59,683 nucleotides of DNA, from positions 1-59,683 of the IMG/VR virus record IMGVR_UViG_3300046806_000084; one strand, given 5' to 3'. Of the stretch, positions 38,233 through 49,151 are shown piece by piece. The notes below the pieces were generated by a model, which ran no database searches, was not told the origin of the DNA, and saw only the letters and a list, made by a program, of their open reading frames with translations. The translations under genes and the position numbers were made by a program. Numbering within the stretch: the first letter of the stretch is position 1; each line of letters begins with the position of its first letter. Origin of the DNA: a virus. Taxonomy: Duplodnaviria; Caudoviricetes.

Positions 38233-39660
38233 CTAGTTTTCGAACAACACGAAGTTGTTAGCACCTAAAGTACATAAAGCTCTTTCTGATAAGAAATGAA
38301 CCTCCATTGCATCTAAGCTTGAAGTAGAAGCTCCTCCAGCAGATCCAGTGATCCACGTTTTGTAACGTCTGTCTTCAGTTTCAGAAGCACGGTATCTTAC
38401 GTGTAAGAATGGTCTCTTAGCGTTTTTACCTAATACTTGGTCGTAAACAGTTGTAGAACCAGCTGGAACTAAAACTCCGTTTACAGCACCACCTGTAATA
38501 CCACCACGAGTAGTAGCATCGTTTAAGTATTTCCAGTCAGTTTTGTAGAAGTCGTAACCTCTTCTGAATCCTGTAAATCCTAAGTTTAATGCCATATCCT
38601 TATCGTTATCGAATAAACCGTATGAAGTACCACCTGCTCCGTAAGAGTTTTGTGCAGCTAACATATCATCGATATCGAAAGAGAATTGACGGTTAACAAA
38701 TAATGCATTCTCTTGAATAGCACCTTGCTTATCTAATCTTTGGATGATTGAATCGAAATCAGCTAAAGTAGTTGGGTTACCACCAGCATAAACGTTACCT
38801 CTTTGTCCTACAACGTAGAATAAACCTTCAGAACCTTTATTACCAACGTAACCTGATGTAGCAGCAGCACCTGAGTTAGTCTCAGCTGGAACAGCTTCAA
38901 TCATAGACATTTCTAAGTAGTCTTCGAAACGTAAACGAGTTTCGTGCTCAGCTTTGATATACCATAAGTAACCAGTAGCTCCATTTTCTGTTGTAACCTC
39001 AACCCATCCGATTTGTGCCATTTCAGAACCTGAAACTGCATACTTATCTTTGATGATGATTGGAGAGTTCTCGAAGATGAAATCTGATGGCTCAACTGAT
39101 TCAACCATTCCTTCAGTTCCTTTTTTGAACTCAGAACCGTAAACGAAAGATGTAAATACTTTACCAGAACCTGCAACTCCAATACCTCCAGCTTCGTAGA
39201 AAGCAACTGTAAAAGTAGCAGAAGCATAGTTTACAGCAGTGATGATTGCTTTGTTAGAAATAGTAGAAGCGTTATCAGAAATGAAAACAGTTTGACCAAT
39301 TCTGAAAGCGATTTGTCCACTACTTGTAGTAGTAGCTCCTGGTACTAACGTATCATTAACTGTGAACGTAGCTGTGTCGTCACCTAAAGCAGCAGTAGTT
39401 GTACAGTTGATATACTTAGTATGTAAACGTCCTTGTTCTGCCCATTTGATAAGGTCAGAGTTAGATGGCATCTCAGCACCAACTGCTCTTAAGAAAGATG
39501 CAATTGTTCTGTTACCATATCTTTCAAATTCTTTTTCGTATGTATCAGGTAAGTACTGATTTAAGAAATCGAAGTTTGTGATGTAATTTGATGATAGAGT
39601 TTTTTTCTCTGTACTTGGTTGTAGGGCAAACCCTGGAACCGATTGTAATGTACCAGCCAT
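38233..39660 (-). CDS. Major capsid protein
   Basis: 475 aa after portal and scaffold, strongly biased codons, followed by a terminator. Confidence 0.8.
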   Translation of the reverse strand: MAGTLQSVPGFALQPSTEKKTLSSNYITNFDFLNQYLPDTYEKEFERYGNRTIASFLRAVGAEMPSNSDLIKWAEQGRLHTKYINCTTTAALGDDTATFTVNDTLVPGATTTSSGQIAFRIGQTVFISDNASTISNKAIITAVNYASATFTVAFYEAGGIGVAGSGKVFTSFVYGSEFKKGTEGMVESVEPSDFIFENSPIIIKDKYAVSGSEMAQIGWVEVTTENGATGYLWYIKAEHETRLRFEDYLEMSMIEAVPAETNSGAAATSGYVGNKGSEGLFYVVGQRGNVYAGGNPTTLADFDSIIQRLDKQGAIQENALFVNRQFSFDIDDMLAAQNSYGAGGTSYGLFDNDKDMALNLGFTGFRRGYDFYKTDWKYLNDATTRGGITGGAVNGVLVPAGSTTVYDQVLGKNAKRPFLHVRYRASETEDRRYKTWITGSAGGASTSSLDAMEVHFLSERALCTLGANNFVLFEN

Positions 39661-39679
39661 TTTTAGTTGTTTTTAGTTT

Positions 39680-40774
39680 TTAATTGTTTTTTATACTTCT
39701 AATTTTAAGTCCTGAAGTACTCTCTGAACTAATTGCTTTGATTTGAAAATCATTATTACTATAAGACTGAGGCGATTGTCTAGTCTGCATATCAATATTT
39801 TTCATCTTCATATCTGTACCTTTTAAAGCGTCTGACTTTCCTTGTTCGTAGAAAAATTTAGCCATCTTCTCTGGGTTCATAGCAACAGAAAGAGATCTAT
39901 GCCATCCAGCAGCGTCTTTAATTAGGCCATCCTCTCCAATGTATTTTGAAATAAATCCATCTAAATTAGATTGAGCTGATTTTAATTCATTTGCATCCCC
40001 AGGAGCAAACGTAATTGATTTATCACCAACGTTGAACTCAAAACCTTTGAACTCATTACTGAAAACCTCGTCCGTTTTTTTCTGAAAATACTCAGATTTT
40101 TTTTGACCTTCTTGCTGAGAAGCATTTACTTCTTGAACGTATTTCTTGTAAGCCTCGTAGCTTTCTTTTTCTTCGTCAGAAACTAAACCTCCCCTTGACT
40201 CAAGAGGCGTTTTGTATTGTTCCTTTAAAGAATCCAAATACTTCTTAGCTTTAGCAAGCTCTTTTTTCTTAGCCATTTCCTTCTTCTTGATATCTCTTTC
40301 GTCATCAAGATCCTCATCATAACCAAACTTATCCTCGATCATATACTTGATATCATCTTCGTCTAAGTCTTCCTCTGTTTGAGCATAGTACTCTGCTAAT
40401 ACTGATTCTGGATCTGAATCATCGTACCCTTTATTTAATTTAATAAAGTCATCGATTCCTCTTCCAGTTTCTTTTTTGTATTTCAAGAATGCCGAAACAT
40501 CCTCTGGTAACTCTTCTGCATTGGATCTTTGTTCAAACAAGTCCTCTAGAGAGTTAACCTCTTTATTATATCTATTCTTAATATATGAAAGAACGTCCTC
40601 ATCTTTTATTTCTGCCGATTGATTCTCATCAATATGAACAGTATCGTCAACGGCTCCTTCGTCACTTTGGCCGCCATTCATTTTTTCTTCGTGCTTCTGA
40701 AGCAATTCGTTTTCAACCTCTTGAACTGATTTTTGTTCAGCTACACCTAAGTCTTTTACAGTGAAATTTTCCAT
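39680..40774 (-). CDS. Capsid scaffold protein
   Basis: 364 aa, very acidic and helical, between portal and capsid; TAACTTTG -7 box at 40791-40798. Confidence 0.7.
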   Translation of the reverse strand: MENFTVKDLGVAEQKSVQEVENELLQKHEEKMNGGQSDEGAVDDTVHIDENQSAEIKDEDVLSYIKNRYNKEVNSLEDLFEQRSNAEELPEDVSAFLKYKKETGRGIDDFIKLNKGYDDSDPESVLAEYYAQTEEDLDEDDIKYMIEDKFGYDEDLDDERDIKKKEMAKKKELAKAKKYLDSLKEQYKTPLESRGGLVSDEEKESYEAYKKYVQEVNASQQEGQKKSEYFQKKTDEVFSNEFKGFEFNVGDKSITFAPGDANELKSAQSNLDGFISKYIGEDGLIKDAAGWHRSLSVAMNPEKMAKFFYEQGKSDALKGTDMKMKNIDMQTRQSPQSYSNNDFQIKAISSESTSGLKIRSIKNN

Positions 40775-40825
40775 TTGATTTAATTTTTTGCAAAGTTATT
40801 AATAAAATTTATAGTATTTTAAGCG

Positions 40826-43261
40826 TTATCTAGGCTCAAACTCAGCTAAATCAAACGCATCCAAGGAATCTTCATTTGATTCAAAGTTAACTGGAGGCAG
40901 ATTGTTCTTTCTTTGTTCTATAAGCTTAGACTGCTGAGTATTCTGTATGCTTATTCTTTTATCTTTAGCAGCCTCCTTCTTGTCTTCCTTAGTCATCTGT
41001 AGCTCAGTGTCTACACCTCTTAGCTGCATGTTAAGGCTAAACTCTTTATCCATTAACTGAGTCTTAAGCATCGCCTCGTTCTTTAATTTTTCAATTTCAA
41101 ACGCTACCTCAGCTTGCTTGATTTGTATTTTAGACTGAGTCTCAGCCTGTATCTTCATCATAGCTGCCTGAGCTGCCATCTGTTGAGACTGAGAGTTTAT
41201 GTCTGCCTGCTGCTGAGACATCATCATCTGATTCTTCTGGTCAAGCTCTTGCTTCTTCTTTCTCTTAAGCTTAAGTATTTGATTAGCTAGCTTTATATTT
41301 CTAACCTCTCTAATGTCAATAGCATCCTCAAGGTTTATATCTCCCTTAGATAAAGCCATCTGAACATTTGCTTCTAACTGAGCCTTCTCTTCAAGGTCTG
41401 GAGTTACCTCAATAAATATACCAAAGTCGTAAATGTATAGGTCTTTAATCTCATCAAGTATACCTACGTTATATTTACCTATTTGTAGTATAAATTCCTC
41501 CTTAAAATCTGAGTACTCTAAAATATCAGCAACCCTGTAAGAAACAGCCTCTGCTAATGATTTTGTTATATGTAAGCTTCCTTCTAGTATGTGTCTTGTA
41601 GCTGTGTTTGAGTTTGCTGACGCAAGCTTTTGTAATCCTACTAATGAATTAGGGTCTGGCATAGAACCATCTCTAGCTTCATTTAGACCCGTTACATCTC
41701 TAAGCATGCTTAGGTAATGATTATAACTTCCAATTAAGCTATTTATTTTACCCTGTCCGCTGTTCGTGTTTAGCTCCTGAATTGGAACCCTAGCATTATT
41801 AAATTCACCGTCTCCAGTGTAACTTCTACCTATAACAGATCCCGTTTGGAAGTACAATCTTAATGCATCCTCTGGGTTGTATGCGGCTCCAGTACCTAAG
41901 TCTACCTCATTAATACCGTCGGCATCAATAAATACCCCGTCTGGAACAACTCTTTGTATTACCTGTTGTAGTTTTAAGTGAGTCATCTGAATTAAATCAG
42001 CGAATGGTATCATTCTTCTAAGTAATGACTCTATCTTTCCTTTGTATAATTTTGGAGCAACAGCAACATAATTAGGTATAGCATACTGAGATGCTGATTT
42101 AGGTCTAACCATATTCTTAGAAAGTTGCCACTTTAAAAGTATATTAGTACCCATAACCATAACCCCATCATACCAAACATCAATAGTCTTCTCAACCTTT
42201 TCAAAGTTTCTATCCTTCATCATGTCCTCTGTAGGATTGAAGGTGTCATCTTTTTCTATTAATGTTTCTGTTCCGTCTTCCTTTATTTTCTTTTTATATA
42301 CAACCTTCTTTGTTGACTTGTAGTTGAAATACATTAACGTAGCTGTGTCTTGATAAAACAAGCTGTTTGCATACATTTGAGCTGAGTTGTAGTAATCATA
42401 CCAAGCCTTACTGTACTTAGATATCTCCTGTAAGTCTTCGTTTGTTAATGTAGGGTCTATCTTAGGAAGCTCAGTAATTGGAACTGTTTTAATCTCACCC
42501 CAGTAGAAGCAATCTCTAAATTTAGGGTCCTCTGTGTATGAGTAAACAACGTTCGCTGGGTCAACATAGTCTAACTTAACGCCTGCTCCTGGAAGGAATT
42601 GGTGCTTAGCAATACCTATACCTAGTATAACAATATCGTAGTCTACCCTCTTTCTAATATCGTAGTATCTGTTCTGCTCTAAAATAGTGTTAATCGCCTC
42701 CTCCTCAGCTATCTCTATAGCTGGCTTGTAGTTCATTTGCATGAATAAAGAAAGCTCCTCTGATGTTTCTGGTAAGTCATCTGGCTTTGTTTCAAAGGCA
42801 TCAATACCGAAGTCGTTCTTAACCTGAAGCAATAAATCCTTTGACACCATATCAGCCTGAACAGACTCCTGGAATTTAGATCTATTCTCTGTAGACATAG
42901 CGTCCTGAGCAAATGCCTTAATAGCAAACAACCTGTCATTCATTCCGTTGACAACAATGTCCACGAATTTTGGTATAATAGGAACTGGTGTCCAGTCAAT
43001 ATTTAAGTGCGATAAGTCACCGTCTACAGATATTTCATTCTTGTACTTCTGAATAGACTGCTCTCCCCTTGCATATAGTCTTAACCTATGGTAATCAGAC
43101 CACTGATTATAAAATCGACAAGATCTTCCGTCTTTTCTGAACCATTCGTAGGAGATAGCCCTACCAATCTGAAGACCATATTCTTGAGATTCTTTTTCTT
43201 TATCGCTAGCAAATTGATTTGGAAATCCAATTTGATTAATAGATATTTTTACGTCTTGCAT
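40826..43261 (-). CDS. Portal protein
   Basis: 811 aa downstream of terminase, Q-rich coiled-coil barrel at the C-terminus. Confidence 0.8.
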   Translation of the reverse strand: MQDVKISINQIGFPNQFASDKEKESQEYGLQIGRAISYEWFRKDGRSCRFYNQWSDYHRLRLYARGEQSIQKYKNEISVDGDLSHLNIDWTPVPIIPKFVDIVVNGMNDRLFAIKAFAQDAMSTENRSKFQESVQADMVSKDLLLQVKNDFGIDAFETKPDDLPETSEELSLFMQMNYKPAIEIAEEEAINTILEQNRYYDIRKRVDYDIVILGIGIAKHQFLPGAGVKLDYVDPANVVYSYTEDPKFRDCFYWGEIKTVPITELPKIDPTLTNEDLQEISKYSKAWYDYYNSAQMYANSLFYQDTATLMYFNYKSTKKVVYKKKIKEDGTETLIEKDDTFNPTEDMMKDRNFEKVEKTIDVWYDGVMVMGTNILLKWQLSKNMVRPKSASQYAIPNYVAVAPKLYKGKIESLLRRMIPFADLIQMTHLKLQQVIQRVVPDGVFIDADGINEVDLGTGAAYNPEDALRLYFQTGSVIGRSYTGDGEFNNARVPIQELNTNSGQGKINSLIGSYNHYLSMLRDVTGLNEARDGSMPDPNSLVGLQKLASANSNTATRHILEGSLHITKSLAEAVSYRVADILEYSDFKEEFILQIGKYNVGILDEIKDLYIYDFGIFIEVTPDLEEKAQLEANVQMALSKGDINLEDAIDIREVRNIKLANQILKLKRKKKQELDQKNQMMMSQQQADINSQSQQMAAQAAMMKIQAETQSKIQIKQAEVAFEIEKLKNEAMLKTQLMDKEFSLNMQLRGVDTELQMTKEDKKEAAKDKRISIQNTQQSKLIEQRKNNLPPVNFESNEDSLDAFDLAEFEPR

Positions 43262-43939
43262 TTATATTATGTGCTTCCAGGTTTTTAAATTTACAATGCT
43301 TAAAATATTTGATTTTGATATATTAAAAATAACCGCTAGTTTTCTTGAGGAATAATTTCCGCTATTGTGCATTTTTCTAATATTTAAAACATCTTCTTCG
43401 TTTAGCTTAGAAGTTATATTTTCAGAACCTCTTTTAGCTGATTTTATCATTTTATTAAGCGTTTCTTCAGATACTTTCTTTCCGTACATGTGATTTTTTT
43501 CACCAGATTGAGCTTTTGACATTTTTATTTTAGTTTCTTCGCTAGTAACCTTTCCTTTATGAAACTCAGAAACCTTTCTTCTTTGTTCTTTAGAAATAAC
43601 TTTTCCTCTGTTTGGTATACTCATCTTTATTTTTGCTTCATCAGAATGAATTAACCCCAAACAACCATCTCCTCCGTTAGTTAAATTACATAAACTACCT
43701 AATCCTAAATCGCTTCTTCCGTGTAATTTTATAAACTCAATTTCTTTTTCTTTTATAAAGTTATAGTCATCGTGTTCAAATAATATTTCAACATCATAAT
43801 CTGTTTTATTGACTATTTTATTCCAGTGATCGTTTCTGCTTTTTTTAGATTTAGACCTATAATAATTATTATCCACTCCTATTCCGATGTAGAAAGGAAT
43901 GTTTTTATCTAATCTTATATGTCTATACAAATATGCCAT
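43262..43939 (-). mobile_element. Free-standing GIY-YIG-type homing endonuclease with NUMOD3 repeats
   Basis: YLY...FYIGIG...R, NLTNGGDG, repeated SEETKIKMS/HMYGK, C-terminal HTH; AT-rich. Confidence 0.85.
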
Positions 43940-46204
43940 TTACTTAATTAATTCACTATACAATCCTGCGTTTTTGTATCTTGCAAAGTTAATACTTATT
44001 TTTGATTCTTTTTTAACTGGAGTGTACATGTGTTTTTGTGTAGCCATAATAGCTAAACCTGAACTAATAGCGGCATCAAACTTGGTCCTGTTATTTATAT
44101 CAAACTTAGCCCAATCCTCTAAAGTTCTTGTGAAGTACATTGATCCCATTTCATCTGGGTCTCTATACGTAGACTCAAGATCTAATCCTACGTGCTTTTC
44201 TATATACGTCTCAATAGAAGATGCGTGAGCCTGTTTTATATCTTCAGACGAGTTAGGCATCCCTCCTAGCTCTCTTTCTGTCTTAGATAGCTTAGAATAG
44301 TGTTTGTCTGGCCTGTTCATTGAGTACTGCCTGTATCCATTATTCTTTATATGGTAAAGCAGCCTTTGCTTGTTGTTCTCAACAAGAACTGGCATTCCGT
44401 AGAATATACAAGCCATAAGTACGTCGTCAAAGAATATCTCAGCAGTCTGTGGCCTTGATATGTACTCCAAGAAGAATTGATTTGTAGGAGCTTGGTCCAT
44501 GTGAAACTTAGTCATTCCGTGCAAAGACCCGTTAGATCCTCTTCCGTCAACTGTTCCTGATATATCGTACGGGTCACATCCAAAGGCACCGATATGTTCG
44601 TTACCTGGGAACTTTACCCCGTTTCGTATCTCTACCTTGTTTTGTAAATGCTTCGGAGGTATCCAGCTAACCAAGAACCTACCTCTATTGTCTGGAGTCC
44701 AGACGACCTTACTGTCCCTAACTCCATCCATCCAATGAAACGATCCTCTTGTAAGGACACGCTCCTTTATTAACGAGTCATTGTAATCTATCTGCTGGTA
44801 AATCTTAGTAAGATTAAACAAGGATGATTTACTCTCATCCCTAAACGCATGAGACTCAGTTCTAGGGAACTGTCTGTAGAACTCATTAAGTGAATCTGGA
44901 TGACTTTTTAATGAATCAACCTCATTCTCCCAGAAGTCAATAGCCCCTATCTTAATCATCATGCCATCTATACCCATTACTGGCTTTTCTGGTGTTCTAA
45001 AAACAGGGAACCCGTACCTGTCTATGTAACCCTCAAAGTTCCACTCCATAGGAATGAATAGGTTGTAAAGTCCAGACCTTGTTTGTCCGTTTGAGTTTCT
45101 GGTAGAAACATTAGAGTCTTCGTAAAGGGTTTTGAAGTTCTTACCTCCCTTTTCTAAAGCATTCGAAGTAGAACCCATCATACACTTACCGATAATTTTA
45201 GATCCCAAACGAAGACATGTCTTAGTTACACGCCAGTTATTTAAAATATTATCAGGCTTTAACCATTTACCAGACTCGTCATGAATAAGAAGCTTCAGCT
45301 TCTCCCCATCGTACGAGTTATCTCCAGTATTCTTCCAGTCAATAGACGTGTCAAGACCTTCTATTTCGTCTTGATTCTCGTCGTACATGTTCTTCTTGGT
45401 AATCTTAGAGGCAGGCATTCGGTAAGCAAGCTCAGTCTTAGGCTTGTCCATACCGTCCTGAATAGGCTTGAAGAAGAAAGGGTAGTTACTAGATATAGGT
45501 ACGACCTTATCTGTAAACATCGTCTTTGCATCCCCTCCAGTCTTGGATAGAATACCTATCCTTGCGTTCTTTGTAATCGAACCAGTATTAACGCCCTCTG
45601 CGGACCCCATAAATGAGAATCCAGAACGTCTAATCTTAAGATATATCATACCAAAGCATCTAAAGTCAGCCTTGCAAGCCTCCCAGTATATCCAGAAAAC
45701 TCTATTAGCCTCACGATAATCTGGCAGACCAACGTCAATCTTAGTCCACTGAAGGTACATGTAGTTGGATCCTGTAATGTATGTAGGTAATCCGTTATTC
45801 ATGAACCAGAATCCAGCCTCCCTTCTATCAAACTCGGTCTCTATGTAGTCAACCCATTTTGATTTGAAGTCCTTAGGCATTGTGTGCCACTGGAATATAC
45901 TCTTAATTCTTTGTAGTTCCTTTGGGTACTCGAACGGTTCCCAGTATTGCTTTTCTTTTTTACCGTCCCTTTTATATACTAAATCTGGGACGGCTGGAAG
46001 TCCTATGTGAAGACCGTTTATATTGTAAACCTCACCAAGTGTACCGTCACGAGATATAATAACTATGTTATACTTCTCATCGTAACCGTATGCCCAGGCC
46101 TTTTTTTTATTCCTATTATTAACGACGTTTTTATCTATGTAATTAGAAATAACAACGTATAGGTTATCTTGATCTTCTCTCTGCGAATCCTCCTTTGTCT
46201 TCAT
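43940..46204 (-). CDS. terL: Terminase large subunit
   Basis: KIRRSGFS Walker A-like, LLIHDE Walker B, GCDPYD nuclease motif; directly upstream of portal; start uncertain. Confidence 0.85.
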   Translation of the reverse strand: MKTKEDSQREDQDNLYVVISNYIDKNVVNNRNKKKAWAYGYDEKYNIVIISRDGTLGEVYNINGLHIGLPAVPDLVYKRDGKKEKQYWEPFEYPKELQRIKSIFQWHTMPKDFKSKWVDYIETEFDRREAGFWFMNNGLPTYITGSNYMYLQWTKIDVGLPDYREANRVFWIYWEACKADFRCFGMIYLKIRRSGFSFMGSAEGVNTGSITKNARIGILSKTGGDAKTMFTDKVVPISSNYPFFFKPIQDGMDKPKTELAYRMPASKITKKNMYDENQDEIEGLDTSIDWKNTGDNSYDGEKLKLLIHDESGKWLKPDNILNNWRVTKTCLRLGSKIIGKCMMGSTSNALEKGGKNFKTLYEDSNVSTRNSNGQTRSGLYNLFIPMEWNFEGYIDRYGFPVFRTPEKPVMGIDGMMIKIGAIDFWENEVDSLKSHPDSLNEFYRQFPRTESHAFRDESKSSLFNLTKIYQQIDYNDSLIKERVLTRGSFHWMDGVRDSKVVWTPDNRGRFLVSWIPPKHLQNKVEIRNGVKFPGNEHIGAFGCDPYDISGTVDGRGSNGSLHGMTKFHMDQAPTNQFFLEYISRPQTAEIFFDDVLMACIFYGMPVLVENNKQRLLYHIKNNGYRQYSMNRPDKHYSKLSKTERELGGMPNSSEDIKQAHASSIETYIEKHVGLDLESTYRDPDEMGSMYFTRTLEDWAKFDINNRTKFDAAISSGLAIMATQKHMYTPVKKESKISINFARYKNAGLYSELIK

Positions 46205-46442
46205 TCTTTGATGTAGATTTAGTTTCACCTGTTATCATTTCGCTCTCCTGCTCTATTCTAGCTAGTATTAGAAAAGCATCTTCCACTGCCAAACGCTTTG
46301 TAGCAGCAGCGTTCTTAAGCTTGTCAGCGGAAAGGTCGCCCTCCATACCTGTAATAATCTTATCCTCAGCCACCTTAATAAGCTCGTCAACAGCTTTATA
46401 TCCAGCTTCAATTATTCTCTGCTTAATATCGTTTGTTGTCAT
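46164..46442 (-). CDS. Putative terminase small subunit
   Basis: 92 aa, helical, overlaps the terL start. Confidence 0.55.
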   Translation of the reverse strand: MTTNDIKQRIIEAGYKAVDELIKVAEDKIITGMEGDLSADKLKNAAATKRLAVEDAFLILARIEQESEMITGETKSTSKNEDKGGFAERRSR

Positions 46443-47002
46443 AGCTTAATTTTTATATTACTGGTAAACATTCTGTACAGCTTCTGGTCATTAATCTTAA
46501 ACTCGTACTCGCTATCTGGCTCAAAAGCAACCTCATCACCTATAGATAAACCTAAGTCAATTAGCTCCTGGTTTATGTACTTTATCCTTCCGATAAGCGG
46601 CTCCTCAGTACCTGGCTTTACTAGGTAGTAATCCTTCGTTTCAACTGGCTCTATGAAGCAGTACTTGGAGTAGCACTTCCACTCATCACCATTAAAGAAC
46701 ATGAAGAACTGATCCTCCTCAACAAAGAACATGTCGTCCTTAAAGAAGTTATGACTGCTCTGCTGTCTACCTCTCATGTCGTAGTAGAACTTAAACACGT
46801 TATGGTGAACTAGAAGTAAGTCACCAACATTAATCTCCCCATCATATCCAACTGGTGTAGCAACAACCTCAGCAAACCTATTGGATGACATGTGGTCCTC
46901 CTGTGATGTGCTTGTTATGAAGTTGATGTTGCCTATTGATTTGATGTTATCATAACGCCTTCCTTTTAAAGGTTTTACGATAAATGAAAATGGTGACCTC
47001 AT
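46439..47002 (-). CDS. GroES/Cpn10-like protein (two modules)
   Basis: AEVVATP...INVGDLLLV and IGDEVAF...YE beta-barrel-like motifs. Confidence 0.55.
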   Translation of the reverse strand: MRSPFSFIVKPLKGRRYDNIKSIGNINFITSTSQEDHMSSNRFAEVVATPVGYDGEINVGDLLLVHHNVFKFYYDMRGRQQSSHNFFKDDMFFVEEDQFFMFFNGDEWKCYSKYCFIEPVETKDYYLVKPGTEEPLIGRIKYINQELIDLGLSIGDEVAFEPDSEYEFKINDQKLYRMFTSNIKIKL

Positions 47003-47226
47003 TCGAAGTTTATGTTGTACTCGATTGATATTGGCATGTTTGAATTGAATCCCTTCCACAGGTACTGCTCATTGTTTTTCTCAATGTATATACTTATGGA
47101 ATCATCCTGCTCAAGCCTGATATGACATATGTGATACGTCTTATCAAGAACAGGCTGTCCTATAAGGTAATGCATCGCATTGTTCTTGTAGTCAGCCCCA
47201 ACTGATATCTTCCTAATGTCCATCAT
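46999..47226 (-). CDS. Hypothetical protein
   Basis: 75-aa ORF. Confidence 0.75.
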   Translation of the reverse strand: MMDIRKISVGADYKNNAMHYLIGQPVLDKTYHICHIRLEQDDSISIYIEKNNEQYLWKGFNSNMPISIEYNINFE

Positions 47227-47467
47227 TTTCTTCTGGAACAATAATATCGCCTGTAGTTAAATTAATCTCTACATTGCCAAATTCTTTTTCTAACTCACCC
47301 TTTAGCTCGTTGAATTTCTTTTGATTATCACCAATGTCGTTGATTATCTGAGCTTTCTTTGACTCGTACTGAAGTTGTAGGTCTCCTAAAGTAGCTGATG
47401 CGTTAATCATGAACTGATTAAACTCCTTAAGTTTTTCTAACTGAATTTCTGAAATTTTATTTTTCAT
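47213..47467 (-). CDS. Hypothetical coiled-coil protein
   Basis: 84 aa; TATATTTG -7 box at 47485-47492. Confidence 0.8.
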   Translation of the reverse strand: MKNKISEIQLEKLKEFNQFMINASATLGDLQLQYESKKAQIINDIGDNQKKFNELKGELEKEFGNVEINLTTGDIIVPEENDGH

Positions 47468-47504
47468 TTGATTAAATTTTTTTACAAATATACGAAAAAA
47501 TAAA

Positions 47505-47891
47505 TTACCTTGTAATCAATAGTAATCCTGTTACCGCTAACGAAGCTATTGACACAACTTTTAATAATTTATTCTTTGATTTTTCTTTAGATATTACCTT
47601 ATCCTTGTTTTTTATAACAAGGTTCAAGTCGCTTACCTGAAATTCCTTTTCTTTGTACGCAAGCATTAACTTATCGTTTGACTTTATAAGGGTATCTATC
47701 CTTAATCTTGAAACACTATCCATCTTTATAAGTGTTTTTAATTCTAGAGTTAAGAAGTCCTTCTGAACTAACTCCGTTATTATCTTGTTGGCCTGAATAC
47801 TATCTAGTATTACTACCTTCTTTTGTGCGTTCATCGAAGTACTGCTGCATATCAGAAACAGAATACTTATTAATAACCTTAATTCTTTCAT
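47505..47891 (-). CDS. Spanin-like lysis protein
   Basis: Signal-like N-terminus, coiled coil, C-terminal hydrophobic segment; overlaps the upstream spanin-like gene. Confidence 0.55.
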   Translation of the reverse strand: MKELRLLISILFLICSSTSMNAQKKVVILDSIQANKIITELVQKDFLTLELKTLIKMDSVSRLRIDTLIKSNDKLMLAYKEKEFQVSDLNLVIKNKDKVISKEKSKNKLLKVVSIASLAVTGLLLITR

Positions 47892-48144
47892 TGTACTGTG
47901 TTTTAATTACCGTTCTAACTCTTTCTACGCTGTCATATTTTAACTTTAAGACGCTATCTTGTTTTTTTAATGTATCGTATTGAGACAACAAGTATTTAGC
48001 TCTTAAATCGTGTTTTTCAGCTTCCCTTAAAAGAGAATCATTCTTTAATTCTAGTGAAGCAGACCTTGTCAGTAACAAAATAAAAAGCGCCACTATAATA
48101 ATATATGGTACGTACTTCCTTGTGTTTAGTATATTTATTTGCAT
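47800..48144 (-). CDS. i-spanin-like lysis protein
   Basis: N-terminal TM segment plus coiled coil, directly after the endolysin. Confidence 0.6.
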   Translation of the reverse strand: MQINILNTRKYVPYIIIVALFILLLTRSASLELKNDSLLREAEKHDLRAKYLLSQYDTLKKQDSVLKLKYDSVERVRTVIKTQYNERIKVINKYSVSDMQQYFDERTKEGSNTR

Positions 48145-48146
48145 AT

Positions 48147-48611
48147 CTATTCCTTTATCTCAAAATGCATCCAGTCGTAGTTCTTTTCTCTTCCTAAAGA
48201 AATAAAACCGTGCTTGTAAAAAATGTCGATCATTTTCTTATACTCTGGCCTTGCAAATCTTGCTGTTTTACTTGTTTCTTTTAGTTGATTTCTTCCTGGA
48301 TCAAGATCTAACGCTATTCCCCAGGAGTGCTTTGACCAATCGTCACCACCTCTCATCTTTCTGAAGTTGAAGCATCCTCCAAATAAGTCAATACCTAGCT
48401 CCTTTATTTTTTCATAACCATATTCTCTTAATATCTCATTAAACACTGCTAAGAATCTTCCAGAAACCAACTTATGACATCTCATCTTATTTACTACACT
48501 TTCTGTATCCCAAGCCAAACGCATTGGATAAGGAAGTAGTATTGTTACCAAGTAACCTTCACCTGTTATGTTAGGTTTTCCGTACTTAGATATCGTCTCC
48601 TTTGTTGTCAT
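48147..48611 (-). CDS. Endolysin, peptidase M15 family
   Basis: R...[10 protein letters not shown]...DWMHFE Zn-peptidase motifs. Confidence 0.9.
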   Translation of the reverse strand: MTTKETISKYGKPNITGEGYLVTILLPYPMRLAWDTESVVNKMRCHKLVSGRFLAVFNEILREYGYEKIKELGIDLFGGCFNFRKMRGGDDWSKHSWGIALDLDPGRNQLKETSKTARFARPEYKKMIDIFYKHGFISLGREKNYDWMHFEIKE

Positions 48612-48765
48612 TTTTTTTATTTCTTAATGTTTCAACCATCTTTAACATGGTATAAAAAATAGATACGATAAGTAGTATTATCTTTAATGCGCTCTCCAAG
48701 TTAGAAAAGCTTAAAGCCATTGTTATACTGTTTAGCATGTATAATTTCAAATCGTTATGCGACAT
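48586..48765 (-). CDS. Holin-like membrane protein (not in ORF track)
   Basis: 59 aa, hydrophobic core and charged tail, upstream of endolysin. Confidence 0.6.
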   Translation of the reverse strand: MSHNDLKLYMLNSITMALSFSNLESALKIILLIVSIFYTMLKMVETLRNKKNDNKGDDI

Positions 48766-48955
48766 TTTTAGCTTTCATTAAACGTTCAACAATACTTGTT
48801 ACTCCCTCAATAGTAATATAAGAAGTACCAATAATTACCCAATCAGTAGAGGTTATAGATCCGCTGAATAAACCAACTGACGCTATAACAAATACTGTTA
48901 ACTTTCTACTTACCCATTTGTTAAGTAATAAATCTATTTTTTCTTTTCTACTCAT
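48755..48955 (-). CDS. Holin-like membrane protein
   Basis: 66 aa, SRKL followed by two TM segments. Confidence 0.65.
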   Translation of the reverse strand: MSRKEKIDLLLNKWVSRKLTVFVIASVGLFSGSITSTDWVIIGTSYITIEGVTSIVERLMKAKNVA

Positions 48956-49151
48956 CTTTTTTAGGGTTGTAATCAATAACCTCTAACTCTTTTAGTTTAT
49001 CCACAATTTCTGAGAATTCTTCACATTTTAAAATGTTTTCACCCACTATCCAATTATCATTTGCGTCTTTTACAAACTCTAATCTATGTGGTAAATTTTC
49101 AAACCCGTTAAGCTCTTTATATTGAGCTTCATTTGCTTTTAGTACTTTCAT
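48948..49151 (-). CDS. Hypothetical protein (possible fibre chaperone)
   Basis: 67 aa directly after a fibre-like gene. Confidence 0.7.
   Translation of the reverse strand: MKVLKANEAQYKELNGFENLPHRLEFVKDANDNWIVGENILKCEEFSEIVDKLKELEVIDYNPKKDE

Noticed and set aside
43262-43939. Group I intron
   Set aside because: No flanking non-coding bases for an intron core, and neighbouring genes are uninterrupted
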